64,000 nt of DNA from Eledone cirrhosa (taxonomy: Eukaryota): contig CAXHJY010000803.1 of NCBI GenBank assembly GCA_964016885.1, positions 19,612 through 83,611 of the forward strand. Direction: 5' to 3'. The notes beneath the pieces are model-generated. The model was not told the origin of the DNA. It did no database searches and saw nothing but the letters and a program-made list of their open reading frames with translations. Made by a program: the position numbers and the translations under genes. Shown here piece by piece: positions 29,531 to 41,932 of the stretch (position 1 is the stretch's first letter; every line of letters starts with the position of its first letter).

Positions 29531-29571
<41 letters not shown>

Positions 29572-30189
29572 TTGTGTGTGTGTATATATTCAGTGAAAGA
29601 TAGAGAGCCATCCACTTATTGTAATCGCTTTAGGACGAATCAATTTCGTTAAGACTCACCGTTTTTCATGATATTATAAACGGTAAAAATCGTCTTCCCC
29701 AGATTTAAAATTATATTTACCAGTTAACTCTTGATTTATTCTCAGTTTATTTCACATGAGTTGAAACCTGTGAGTAGATTCTTTACTTTGCTATTAATAA
29801 AGATCTGTGAGACTGAGAGTTAATCTTCTAAGCTGTGTGGAATTCTACGTAGGATGGTATGACATCGTTTGACCATACTCTTACATGAAGGAGACGTCAG
29901 AATAGATTATAATATATAGCACATTAATCTAACTAGACAGATCATCATGAGTTGATAACAACATCATCTCTCTCTCTCTCTCTCTCTCCGCACACACACG
30001 CACACGCACGCACGCACACGCACGCACGCACACGCACACGCACACACACACACAAAAAAAACAATAGCTCACGCTATTTACATCTTTGATGGTATAGTAA
30101 CATCTGATAAATAAATAACATTTTCGAAAAATACGTAAGTGGAAACAAAACAGTGTAATCAAATTTTTGCGGGAAAATATCTTACCTTC

Positions 30190-30720
30190 TCCAATAAAAA
30201 AAAAATTATGTATTTTGCGAAATCCAAAGATTTTCAATAATGACCAGAAGTCGACCCTAAATATTACTAATAGCTCAAGGAAAGCCATGAACGACACCAC
30301 ATCTTTTTAACTTTGATTTTGAAAGTAGGTTTATAATTATCAATTTTCATCTTACTTTTGTATCTGTCTCGGCAGCCTAGTTGGAGGAATCATAGACGGT
30401 TGTGATCCTGGTCTGAAGTTCGATCCTGGTCGGGAGTAGGGTTCCCGGTAAACCTGCTCAGTTTTTTTTTTAATGGTTGTAAAATAAAAACTGAAAAAGG
30501 TTTCATGTACCTCTGGACCAGGATTGAACTCAAGGACAGGATCTCCACCGTCTCTAGTATCTACCGCTAGGCCACAGAGACAACTACGAAAAGCTTCTGA
30601 AAATTCATACATATAAACCTACTTTCAAAATTTTCAAGAGAAAGTGAATGTGGTGTCGTTCATGTCTTTCTTAATGTTATTGCCCCTACTTAAAGTCGAC
30701 TTCTAAATCATTTGGGTGTT
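30190..30720. mobile_element. Old MITE / DNA transposon remnant with long imperfect inverted repeats
   Basis: 30239-30333 (aatga...agaagtcgac...catgaacgacaccacat...ttttgaaagtaggtttat) is an imperfect reverse complement of 30613-30712; inner IR gatcctggtc/gaccaggat. Confidence 0.65.
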
Positions 30721-30929
30721 CCATAAACTACATCTTCGTTTTATTTCACATCTATCTAGACTATATTTTAACCTGTAATCCATGTATCATTTCTGTTGCA
30801 CCTCATTCCCCACCTCTCTCTCTTTCTCCCCATGATATTTGAATGTACTATGATTTGGGCTTACCTTATTCTTATACTGTATATATATGTTTTTGCATGT
30901 CAGTTAGATTCAAACTTACAATGATTAGA

Positions 30930-30977
<48 letters not shown>

Positions 30978-30980
<3 letters not shown>

Positions 30981-31447
30981 TGGTGGACTAGGTCTAAAAA
31001 TATTGGTTGCCAGATGAAGAAGGCCCACCTACATATAGAATGCTTTCATTTAATTTTTATAATAAATAAATAATATTTTCAAAAAATTCATAAGTGGAAA
31101 CAAAACAATGCAATCAATTTTTTTGCGGGAGAATATCTTACCTAAGTTTTAGACTTAGTAGAATGTACAACCACTGATTCCAGCTATTTACACTATCATA
31201 TATTTTGGTTTCTAGTAATTCCCTGGGGAATTGGTTGACCAAATGCTCTGCTTAATTGTTTTATTTATTTTTTAAAAGAATGTATTCTTTCTCTTAGATT
31301 TCAGGTATTTTTTTAAAGCAAAGCATTGGTCCCTAAAATACTACAGTGGGCCCTGCAATGCTACTGTGGGCTTTTGCAATGTTACCGTGGGCCCCTTGGG
31401 ACCCACTTGCCATTGGGCAAACTGGCAACCTGGCCAGTCCGCCACTG
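30978..31447. mobile_element. Non-autonomous DNA transposon (hAT-like TIRs)
   Basis: Ends cagtggtggactag ... ccagtccgccactg; sits in TA-rich repeats with no clear direct TSD. Confidence 0.6.
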
Positions 31448-31449
31448 TG

Positions 31450-31565
<116 letters not shown>

Positions 31566-31834
31566 TATATGTGTGTGTGTGTGTGTATATGTATGTATGT
31601 ACGTATATGTGCGTGTGCCTGTGTGTGTGTATGTATGTCTATGTGATATTATCAATATTTTAAGACCCCGTGCACGTATATACATACTCGGCTATAGTTA
31701 CATACATACACACATGCATACACACATGCATGCAATTCGTACATGCATTGATGCACTCCATGTAGCTTGTCACATGTCTCCATTGAACACATAGTGCAGC
31801 ACTGCAACTGCTGGCATGTTTATATGCAACATGC

Positions 31835-32590
31835 CAACACCAACATCACTGCTACCACTAATACTATCACCATCACTAACACCACCACTATCACCACCAC
31901 AGCCATCACCACCACCACCACTACCATCACCACCACCACTACCATCACAGCCACCACAGCCATCACCACGACCACCACCACCATCACAGCCATCACCACC
32001 ACCACCATCAACAACAACACCATCACAGCCATCACCACCACCACCAACGACAACACCATCACAGCCATCACCACCACCACCATCACAGCCATCACCACCA
32101 CCATCACCAACAACAACAACAACACCATCAACACCAACACCATCACCATCCCCACCAACACCATCACCACTACCGTCAACACCACCACCACCACCACCAC
32201 TACCATCACAGCCATCATCACCACCGCCACCACCTCAACGACCACCACTACCATCACAGCCATCACCACCACCACTACCACCATCACCACCACCACCACT
32301 ACCACCACCATCACCACAACAACCACCACTACCACCATCACCACAACAACCACCACTACCATCACCACCACCACTACCATCACAGCCATCACCACCACCA
32401 CCACCAAAACCACCATCACCATCACCACTACCACTACCATCACAGCCACCACTACCATCACCCCCACCACCACCAACACCATCACCACCGCCAACACCAC
32501 CAGCACAACCGTTGCCATGACAACAATACCCACAAAACATACTAACAACACCAACAATAGTAAAAGCACCCATTATCATTACTACAACTC
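31835..32590. repeat. (ACC/CAT/AAC)n trinucleotide low-complexity tract
   Basis: Direct reading; source of poly-T/P/V ORFs. Confidence 0.93.
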
Positions 32591-32754
32591 ACCATTCCGT
32601 CTGTTTTGAGGGAGATTTAACTGCTATTTCTACCAATCTTAGCTAACATATAAAAGCTCCCTCTTTGTCTAGTAATCCCTCCTATATAAATCCACCTGAA
32701 TAGCCACCCGGGGTAGACGACTTGAGATTCAAATAGCAAGGTAGGTAAGTTTAG

Positions 32755-33172
32755 AGACAGGTATACAGGTATATATGTATACAGGTATACAGGTGTACAG
32801 GTTTACAGGTGTACAGGTATATATGTATACAGGTGTACAGGTGTACAGGTGTACAGATGTACAGGTATATAGATATACAGGTGTATAGGTATACAGGTAT
32901 ACAGGTATATATGTATACAGGTATACAGGTGTACAGGTGTACAGGTGTACAGATATACAGGTGTACAGGTGTACAGGTTTACAGGTGTACAGGTATATAT
33001 GTATACAGGTATACAGGTGTACAGGTGTACAGGTGTACAGGTATATATGTGTACAGGTATATAGGTGGACAGGTGTACAGATGTACAGGTATATAGATAT
33101 ACAGGTGTATAGGTATACAGGTATACAGGTATACAGGTGTATAGATACACAGGTTTACAGGTATACAGGTAG
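32755..33172. repeat. 8-bp unit minisatellite (tacaggtg/tacaggta)
   Basis: Direct reading. Confidence 0.93.
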
Positions 33173-33229
33173 ATATATAACTAACTACTTAGCAAATCTA
33201 ATATATGTACTGTATATATATATACTATA

Positions 33230-33627
33230 TCTTGGTTGTCCATCGTGAACGATGATGACATCTTCGTTAATTTAGTTCCCGTCTGCCGTGGGCACGAAGG
33301 TGGCATCGCCGCAGGGCTTTGGGAGTGCACGCTAAAGAAGAAACCTGTCCGGGTCCAACTTCGTATGCAGAGGCAGGCATCCTCTATCTAACTCACCGGG
33401 GGGGGGGGGGGTTCATACCCGTCCGGCTACCCTCAACCTGGTTCGTCGGCCCGCCAGCCAAGACAGTTTACCAGGGTGTGGCCGCTGTCGCATGTTACAG
33501 CTTCTTGGGGCCACAGGTGAGAGCTGAGTGTCAGGTGGGGCCTAATGCAGGACGAGCTGTCCTGAAAAGGGCATGGCTAGCCCCCCCCCCCCCCATACAG
33601 AGGTACATTCCCCTCCCTGGCACCCTA
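33230..33627 (-). mobile_element. Short non-autonomous RTE derivative (5' UTR joined to 3' end)
   Basis: GC-rich ~400-bp island between TA tracts. The minus strand begins agggtgcc...ccccacctgacactcagctctcacctgtggc (resembles RTE/AviRTE-type 5' UTRs, from memory) and ends gtcatcatcgttcacgatggacaaccaaga (RTE-type 3' end). No ORF. Confidence 0.7.
33436..33626 (-). ncRNA. HDV-like ribozyme fold at 5' end of the RTE derivative
   Basis: Order P1 agggtg, long J1/2, P2 acctg, P3 tggc, L3 (ccc plus inserted hairpin gctgt/acagc), P3' gcca, P1' caccct, gg (P1.1), P4 ttggc/gccga, J4/2 cgaac, P2' caggt. Confidence 0.65.
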
Positions 33628-33694
33628 GGCATATACACACATATATACATACACATACATATGTACATGTGTATATACATACTTACACATTTTT

Positions 33695-33853
33695 GGATGG
33701 CCGTTGACTCTTATGAGTTCTTCAGCCCTTTGTCAGGTTTTGTTTTTTGTCCTGCAGGATGTCCAATATCCCCTCCTCACCAAGTGGGGTTGCTGGTTTA
33801 GTCGCCGACGACCCGACAGGTTGTATTGGGTCACTCAAGAGTGACCTAACATA
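33695..33853 (-). mobile_element. RTE-type 5' UTR fragment, same family as 63852-64000
   Basis: Shares tacaacctgtc..gggtcgt.ggcgactaaac..gcaacccca...ttggtgaggaggg...ttggacatcctgcaggac with the window-end copy. Confidence 0.7.
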
Positions 33854-34594
33854 ACTATATATACACACGATATATAACCACATATGAGTAAATGTGTGTA
33901 AACTATTAGTACTACTACTACTACTACTATTACTACTACATTTTCTTTTATAAGTAGTAGCATCACCACCACCACCACTACCACCACCAACACCACTACT
34001 ATTACTACTACTACCACCAACACCAACACCACCATCACCACCACCACCACTACCACCACTACCACTACCACTACCACCACTACTATTACCACCACCACCA
34101 CCACCACCACCACTACCACCACCTCCACCACCACTACTATTACCACCACCACCTCCACCATCACCATTACTATTACCACCATCACCATTACTATTACCAC
34201 CACCACCTCCACCACCACCATCACCATTACTATTACCACCACCACCACTACTATTACTTCCACCACTACCATCACCACCACCACCACCGCCATCACCCCC
34301 CCCCCCCACCACCACCACCGCCACTACCACCACCCCCGCCGCCACCACCACTGCTACTGTATTGGCGTCTACTGCAACAATGCAGTTAATGTCCTTCAGT
34401 ACACTGTACTAAGAGAGATGCACACCTATGCAGTTCGATTGTGCATCTTCTGCTGACATATCTCTTCATCTCACAACAGAAACATGTGATCTCTCCAAAT
34501 GCTGCAGTAATGCATTTGCTCTAATATACTGCAGTCTTGCATTTCTCTCTCAAAGTTGAGTATGTGTACACTCTCATACATATATACATTCATT

Positions 34595-34661
<67 letters not shown>

Positions 34662-34792
34662 ACACATTATGTAATATATATTCATATATATATATATATA
34701 TATATATTCATATATATATTCATATGAATATATATATATATATTATGAAATACTGTTGGCTTCTTGCTACACTAATTTCTATACTTTTCATT

Positions 34793-34794
<2 letters not shown>

Positions 34795-34847
<53 letters not shown>

Positions 34848-34899
34848 GTATATATATATGTATATATATATGTATATATATATGTATATATATATGTAT

Positions 34900-34931
<32 letters not shown>

Positions 34932-35092
34932 GTATATATATATGTATATATATATGTATATATATGTATATATATGTATATATATATGTGTATATATATA
35001 TGTATATATATATATGTATATATATATATATGTATATATGTATATATATATATATGTATATATGTATATATATGTATATATATATGTATATA

Positions 35093-35166
<74 letters not shown>

Positions 35167-35275
35167 TATGTACATATATATATACATATATATATACATA
35201 TATATATACATATATATATACATATATATATACATATATATATACATATATATATACATATATATATATATATAC

Positions 35276-35306
<31 letters not shown>

Positions 35307-35448
35307 AATGAAAAGTATAGAAATTAGTGTAGCAAGAAGCCAACAGTATTTCATAATATATATATATATATATTCATATGAATATATATATGAATATATA
35401 TATATATATATATATATGAATATATATTACATAATGTGTGTGTCTCTC

Positions 35449-35482
<34 letters not shown>

Positions 35483-35625
35483 AATGAATGTATATATATA
35501 TACAATATATAGAGGGGAAAGACACAGAAGAGTGTGTTTTTTTTACAGGAATTTCATTCGTATGAAAGAATCATATATATATATATATGTATATGTATAT
35601 ATGTATATATGTATATATATATATG

Positions 35626-35656
<31 letters not shown>

Positions 35657-36394
35657 GTGTATATATATATGTGTATATATATATGTGTATATATATATGT
35701 GTATATATATATGTGTATATATATGTGTATATATATATGTGTATATATATATATATATATATGTGTATATATATATATATATATGTGTACATATATATAT
35801 GTATATATATATATGTGTACATATATATATATGTACATATATATATGTACATATATATATATATATATATGTACATATATATATATATATATATATGTAC
35901 ATATATATATATATGTATATATATATGTATATATATATGTATATATATATATGTATATATATATGTATATATATATGTATATATATATGTATATATATAT
36001 GTATATATATATGTATATATATATGTACATATATATGTATATATATATGTATATATATATGTATATATATATGTACATATATATGTATATATATATGTAT
36101 ATATATATGTATATATATATATGTATATATATATGTATATATATATATGTATATATATATGTACATATATATGTATATATATATGTATATATATATGTAT
36201 ATATATATGTACATATATATGTATATATATATGTACATATATATGTATATATATATGTACATATATATGTATATATATATGTACATATATATATATATAT
36301 ATGTACATATATATATATATATATGTACATATATATATATGTACATATATATATATATATATGTACATATATATATATATATATATATATGTAC

Positions 36395-36425
<31 letters not shown>

Positions 36426-36448
36426 TATATATATATATATATGTACAC

Positions 36449-36511
<63 letters not shown>

Positions 36512-36538
36512 TATATATACACATATATATATATGTAC

Positions 36539-36573
<35 letters not shown>
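34795..36573. repeat. Two long (TA)n-derived microsatellites (34795-35305, 35574-36573)
   Basis: Direct reading; each is bracketed by inverted repeats (see findings). Confidence 0.95.
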
Positions 36574-36633
36574 TGATTCTTTCATACGAATGAAACAGTT
36601 CTAGTCCTGTATAAACTATTTCTATATTAAATA

Positions 36634-36803
36634 ATTATTTCTATTGTTGGCACAAGGCCAGCAATTACTCCAGTGTATCACTGGTACTTTATTTTGTCAA
36701 CCCCGTAAGGATGAAAGGCAAAGTTAACCTCAGTACTGTAAAGGGGCGTAACTCTATGTTGCAAAGCATGGCGTCCGACTATCTACCGATACTGCCAATC
36801 CAG
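36634..36803 (-). mobile_element. Dominant SINE
   Basis: ctggtactttattttgtcaaccccgtaaggatgaaaggcaaagttaacctc...ctaccgatactgccaatcc. Confidence 0.85.
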
Positions 36804-37729
36804 CGCCCTGGGGGGGGGGGGAGAAGTATATGTTGTTGCTGGTGGTGGTGATGTAGTTGTTGGTGGTGGTGTAGTTGTTGTTGGTGGTGTGGTTGTAGTT
36901 GTTGTTGTTGGTGGTGATGTAGTAGTTGTTGGTGGTGGTGGTGTAGTTGTTGTTGTTGTTGGTGGTGGTGTGGTTGTTGTTGGTGGTGGTGGTGTGGTTG
37001 TAGTTGTTGTTGTTGGTGGTGATGTAGTTGTTGTTGTTGGTGGTGTAGTTGTTGTTGTTGGTGGTGTAGTTGTTGGTGGTGGTGGTGTGGTTGTTGTTGG
37101 TGGTGGTGATGTAGTAGTTGGTGGTGGTGTTGGTGGTGGTGGTGTTGTTGTTGTTGTTGTTGGTGGTGGTGTGGTTGTTGTTGGTGGTGTGGTTGTAGTT
37201 GTTGTTGGTGGTGATGTAGTTGTTGTTGTTGGTGGTGTAGTTGTTGTTGTTGGTGGTGTAGTTGTTGTTGTTGGTGGTGGTGTGGTTGTAGTTGTTGTTA
37301 TTGTTGTTATTGTTGTTCTGTAGCCAATAGCAACCTGATTGAGTGGATCTCTAAGGCAAAACACTGAAGCCATGACAATCTCGTGTTTTATGTTCAGGGA
37401 GAATAAATCTAGAGTCGTCTCATTTAATGTCTTCTTCCTTTTAAAAACATTAAGTGAGGTTTCAGTCATATTTCGCTGTTATTTCCTCTAGTTTCGACCT
37501 CCTAGAGAAATTCCCCGCTGCTTCCAATAATTAGCAGTCATTTATCAAACTCCATTTAATTCCACACATCTCACATGTCCTCAAGTCAATATTGATCATT
37601 AGAACTATAATTTCTTCTATAGTTTCTGTTGCATCACCAGACACACATGTTTCTCAGCTATTTACATCATTGTGTGTTCTTTTTGCGGGGTCCATGTATA
37701 GAATCCCCTTGTTAATATTCTCACTCAAC

Positions 37730-37830
37730 TTGAGATGAAGTGTTTTGCTCAAGAACACAACACGCAACACAGCCCAGGAATCGAACCCACGACATTATGA
37801 TCGTAAGTCCAACACCCTTACCACGTGCCT
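37730..37830 (-). mobile_element. CORE-like SINE head
   Basis: atgaagtgttttgctcaagaacac...ccaggaatcgaaccc, matches 12120-12230. Confidence 0.7.
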
Positions 37831-38790
37831 CAGCTACGGAGGTTCTAAATAAAGCTCAGCCTGGGTGTTTTAGAGAAATAAAAATATGGTCATTTGAACA
37901 TTCATCAACTCAATTAAGATTACTTGGGGGGCAAACAACAATACAATTCAATTTTGGTAACTCACATTTGGAAAGCCCTTCGCTTATGGATAAAATTTCC
38001 CCCAGTAATCTAAAAGGAAACTATCTTCAGACGGAATCTCAACTGAAACTATTTGAAGATAAAACGTTGGAGCGTTAATACGAAAACAATTATATAAATT
38101 ACATATGAATGTATAAGATTAAATCCACATTTGTCTCAGTACATCTGCACCTACAGTGTGTTCCTGGTAATAGACTCTTCGCCTCCCCTGAACTAGATAC
38201 ACGCTTGGTCAAAACGACATAAGAAATAATAGAAATAAAATATTAAAAATCCTGAAATGGAATTCTGGTAATTGCAAAAGTTATGCTTACCATTTGTATC
38301 ATTAAATAAGATATTGAATTCTTTAGTTATTAAAACAAAAGGTTAATTAGTATTAATTAGTGTTAATAAGAATTAATTGTTATGTACTCGGCTGGCAAAT
38401 GAATAAGCCATCTGGATTTCTGTTTGTGCTTCACTCTGCTAGTTTTTGTCTTTCTAAGTTTCGGGACCAACATAGATCTGTGTAGCCAAAAGCTACAATT
38501 ATATAACGAAAAGTTAATGAATAAACTTCTCTGAATAACTGGATCTGCTAAAAATAGCAACCAAATGTTTATGGCCTCAGAAGAATGTCTAATAAAAGAT
38601 CATTGGATAACTTAGTTCTAAACACACTTGTGTTGAAAACATAGAGTATAGATTTGTGTTCACCACTAGAAGACATTAAAATAAAAGTTTCTTTGATAGA
38701 TAAGGATAGATCCTAGGGCTAAAAAGTAACCGCAACTATTATCACATTATTTTCAAAATAGTTCCGAAATAAAGGTTGTATTTACAAGAG

Positions 38791-38836
<46 letters not shown>

Positions 38837-38866
38837 ACGCACACAAACCTATATATATATATAATT

Positions 38867-39310
38867 GGAGGAATTTCTTCAGAGTTGCTGTGGAATCTGT
38901 GCTTATTTATGGCTCTATCACTTGGACGCTAACGTCGAAACTGGAGAAAAAGCTAGATGGGGCATACACACGTATGCTCCGTGCTGCTTTAAACGTGTCT
39001 TGGAGGGAACACCCAACAAATAAGGACCTCTATGGCAATATACCACCTATCAGCAGATCAATACGTGGACAGAGACTCAGACTTGCTGGCCACTGTTGGC
39101 GCAGCAAGGAAGAAATAGCAGGTGATGTGTTGTTATGGAGTCCATCTCATGGAGCAAGAAACGCTGGTCGTCCCAAGAAGACATACGTCAAGCAACTTGA
39201 GGACGATACTGGATACACTGCGGAAGAACTGGAAAACGCTGTGAGAGACAGAGATGGATGGAGGAAACGTGTCGTAGAAAGCCGAGCAAGCTCGACATGA
39301 TGATGATGTA
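38867..39310 (+). mobile_element. 5'-truncated RTE-clade LINE, C-terminal ~145 aa in an uninterrupted frame
   Basis: FFRVAVESVLIYGSITWTLT...LDGAYTRMLRAALNVSW...RLRLAGHCWR...LLWSPSHG..GRPKKTY...DRDGWR, stop at 39298-39300 followed by a (tga)n tail; starts at a (TA)n tract, no RT core. Confidence 0.9.
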
Positions 39311-39441
39311 AAATCGAATCTCTGGCGGTGTGTAAGCAAATTCGACCTACGATATGAATGAGTTAGCAAAGCACTCAACAAGGTAGGTCCTTAGAGTAAA
39401 CATACGTTTAAATAGCTTGACAAATTGAACACACAATACCA

Positions 39442-39490
<49 letters not shown>

Positions 39491-40006
39491 ATGTGCGTGA
39501 ATGTGGAAATACATTAAGATTATTCTTGAAAACTTAGGACGGGTTTGAATCCTAAAGGTGAAAGGAACCAAATATCACAAATCCAGTATATATTATATAT
39601 ATATATATATATACACACGGATGCATATCAGTGCACGTGCGTGTATATATCTGATGTGTGTATGTGTGTGTATGCGTATGCATGTATTAAGAGAGAAAGC
39701 AACAGGATGTTGGCGGTGTCGTGTTGAGTCAGATACAAAGGATGTGTAAATGAATTCTACAGCCTCATCAACAAACACGACACCACTGAGAGTCACGTGG
39801 TTTCGGAGAGGGGATTAGTCACGTGCCTGTCATGATCACCGTTCCTTTGTAAGTCAATACCGCCACGCGAATACTAATCTTCCGAATTGTCAAAACCCTG
39901 CACTAAAAATACATACTTACATACATGTTCGTATACACACACACACACATATATAGTGAGAGAGAGAGACAGACGTGAATTTGTATATATACATTATATA
40001 TATATA

Positions 40007-40035
<29 letters not shown>

Positions 40036-40038
<3 letters not shown>

Positions 40039-40253
40039 GGAACAAGTAGGACCCCGACGGCTGAGCTCAAGCCGTTTCGACGGCTAATTCTGGACTAAAT
40101 CACCAAATCACTATTTAGTCCAGAATTAGCCGTCGAAACGGCTTGAGCTCAGCTGTCGGGGTCCTACTTGTTCCTATTACCCACTCTACTACCCTAAGTA
40201 TTGAGTACTTTGGTGCGTTATGGTCCATCTGGTTCCTTACCACAATTCCTTTG

Positions 40254-40256
<3 letters not shown>
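40036..40256 (+). mobile_element. Penelope-like LTR fragment with 65-bp fold-back and partial hammerhead
   Basis: Arms 40036-40100 / 40113-40177 with one mismatch and a 12-nt spacer; right arm reads gtcGAAAcggcttgagctcagctGTCgggg; flanked by (TA)n. Confidence 0.65.
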
Positions 40257-40289
<33 letters not shown>

Positions 40290-40538
40290 TATTCGGGATC
40301 TTTATATATATACCACAATTACCAACATCACCAACACCATCACCAACACCTCAACCACCACATCACCACCACCATCACCAACACCACCACAACCAACACC
40401 GCAACCACCGCCATCACCACAACCATCACCACCACCACCACCACCACAACCACCACCAACAACACCACCACCACCACCACTAACACCACCAACACTACCA
40501 CCAACACCACTACTACTGTTAATAAACATTTAAACAAA

Positions 40539-40687
40539 CGGCGCCATCTTTACGACAGCCACCAATTCTATTTCCGGTGGCAAGGTTGTCAGTCACGTGT
40601 TGTCTCCTTTATCTCCCAACCACTCGTCTGTCTTCTCTCTATATAAAGGTTGGTAGATCTGTTTATATATGTAATCAACAGGTAATG
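40539..40687 (+). promoter_or_regulatory. Candidate Pol II core promoter and short first exon
   Basis: YY1-like cgccatctt (40542), CCAAT (40562), ETS-like ttccggt (40572), GTCACGTG (40592), TATATAAAG (40640), donor-like CAG|GTAATG at 40681/2. Confidence 0.4.
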
Positions 40688-40734
40688 CGGCCTCTTGCAG
40701 TTAGAGCAGGTGTTGTTGGTTGTGGTGTTATTAA

Positions 40735-40901
40735 GGTAGCGAATTGGCAGAGTCGTTAGAACGTCGGACAGAATTCTTTGCGGCATTCGTTCCGGCTCAC
40801 TGCTCTCTCTCAGTTCAAATCCTACCGAGGTTAACGGGTTAACTTGGCTTTTCATCCATTCAAGATCGATAAAAAATTACCAGTCTAGTACTGGGGTCGA
40901 T
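40735..40901 (+). mobile_element. Dominant SINE, older copy
   Basis: agcgaattggcagagtcgttagaacgtcggac...agttcaaatcctaccgaggttaac...gatcgataaaaaattaccagt. Confidence 0.75.
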
Positions 40902-41134
40902 TCTGCCTCAATATCTCTTTCTCGCTTATTTTCTCTTACTCTCCATTTTTGTCTGAAAGAAATCTGTTGTATTCAGACTTGGAGAAGAGCTGGGCTCCGA
41001 CAGGTTATAAATGCCCAACAAATGCCGTATCTTACTACGGTTCCCCTATCATTCCATCAGGAGTTACCATTTAGAAAAGAAACAAAGAAAACCCTGTTGT
41101 TATTTCTGTTGTAATTTAGTTCCAGTAGACCCAG

Positions 41135-41285
41135 CACGGCCGACTGGTTAAGAAGTTTGCTTCGCATTCATTAACTCTCTGGTTCAATCCCTCTAAGTGA
41201 CGTCTCGGGTAAGAGTCCTTCATCAGAACGCCGAGTTAACCCTGTGACTCGTGAGAGAAATTGCTTAGACGGACATTGTTTTTGA
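41135..41285 (+). mobile_element. Degenerate tRNA-headed SINE of a further family (related copy ~60765-60880)
   Basis: tggttaagaagtttgcttc...ggttcaatccc B box followed by a CORE-like segment. Confidence 0.5.
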
Positions 41286-41746
41286 AGTCTATCAGATGGA
41301 GTGTAGCTGAGAATTAACAAGACAGACCTGTCATACATGGCGTCACCTTATGAGTACACGTGTCTGTGAAATGTTCGATCATTTACTCGTTGATTATATA
41401 AGTAAGGTGTTCGATTAATCGAACAACTGGAACATTTTCGAAACAGAGAGGACAGTCCAGAGGATCAACAATGTTGAAGTGAGGAGATTTATATCATCCT
41501 AGAAATATTTATCTCTGCTTTAAAAAGGAGATAGAGAGAGAGGTGTAACCAATACAGCTATTATTTACAGCAGATATATCGATCTTGTTGGTTCGATGAA
41601 TGAAGAAGTTTGTTGCTGTTGTTATTGTTGTAGTTGTTTTTAAACCCAAGGTCAGCCATGCTGAAGAAGTCCTCAATCACATATTCCAGCCGTGACCATC
41701 ATGTCTTGTTTTTATGTGCAGGGAATCCAGGACAACATTATATTAT

Positions 41747-41932
41747 GGTGAATTGGCAGTATCGGTAGATGGTTGGACGCCATGCTTTCTAGCAGAGTCA
41801 CATCCCTTTACGGTTTAAGTTCAAATCCCGTCGAGGTTAACTTTGCCTTTCATCCTTACGAGGTTGATAAAATAAAGTACCAGTAATGTACTGGGGAATT
41901 TGCTGGCCTTGTGCCAAAAGAAGAAACAATTA
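41747..41932 (+). mobile_element. Dominant SINE, full length
   Basis: Collinear with 23156-23342. Confidence 0.88.

Noticed and set aside
31767-32609. Mucin-like or extensin-like Thr/Pro-rich ORFs (also 18092, 33722, 36783, 45377-46967)
   Set aside because: Trinucleotide low-complexity tracts open on both strands; no signal peptide or splice context.
33319-33801. 160-aa GC-rich ORF
   Set aside because: Antisense read-through of two RTE-derived UTR elements and a microsatellite.
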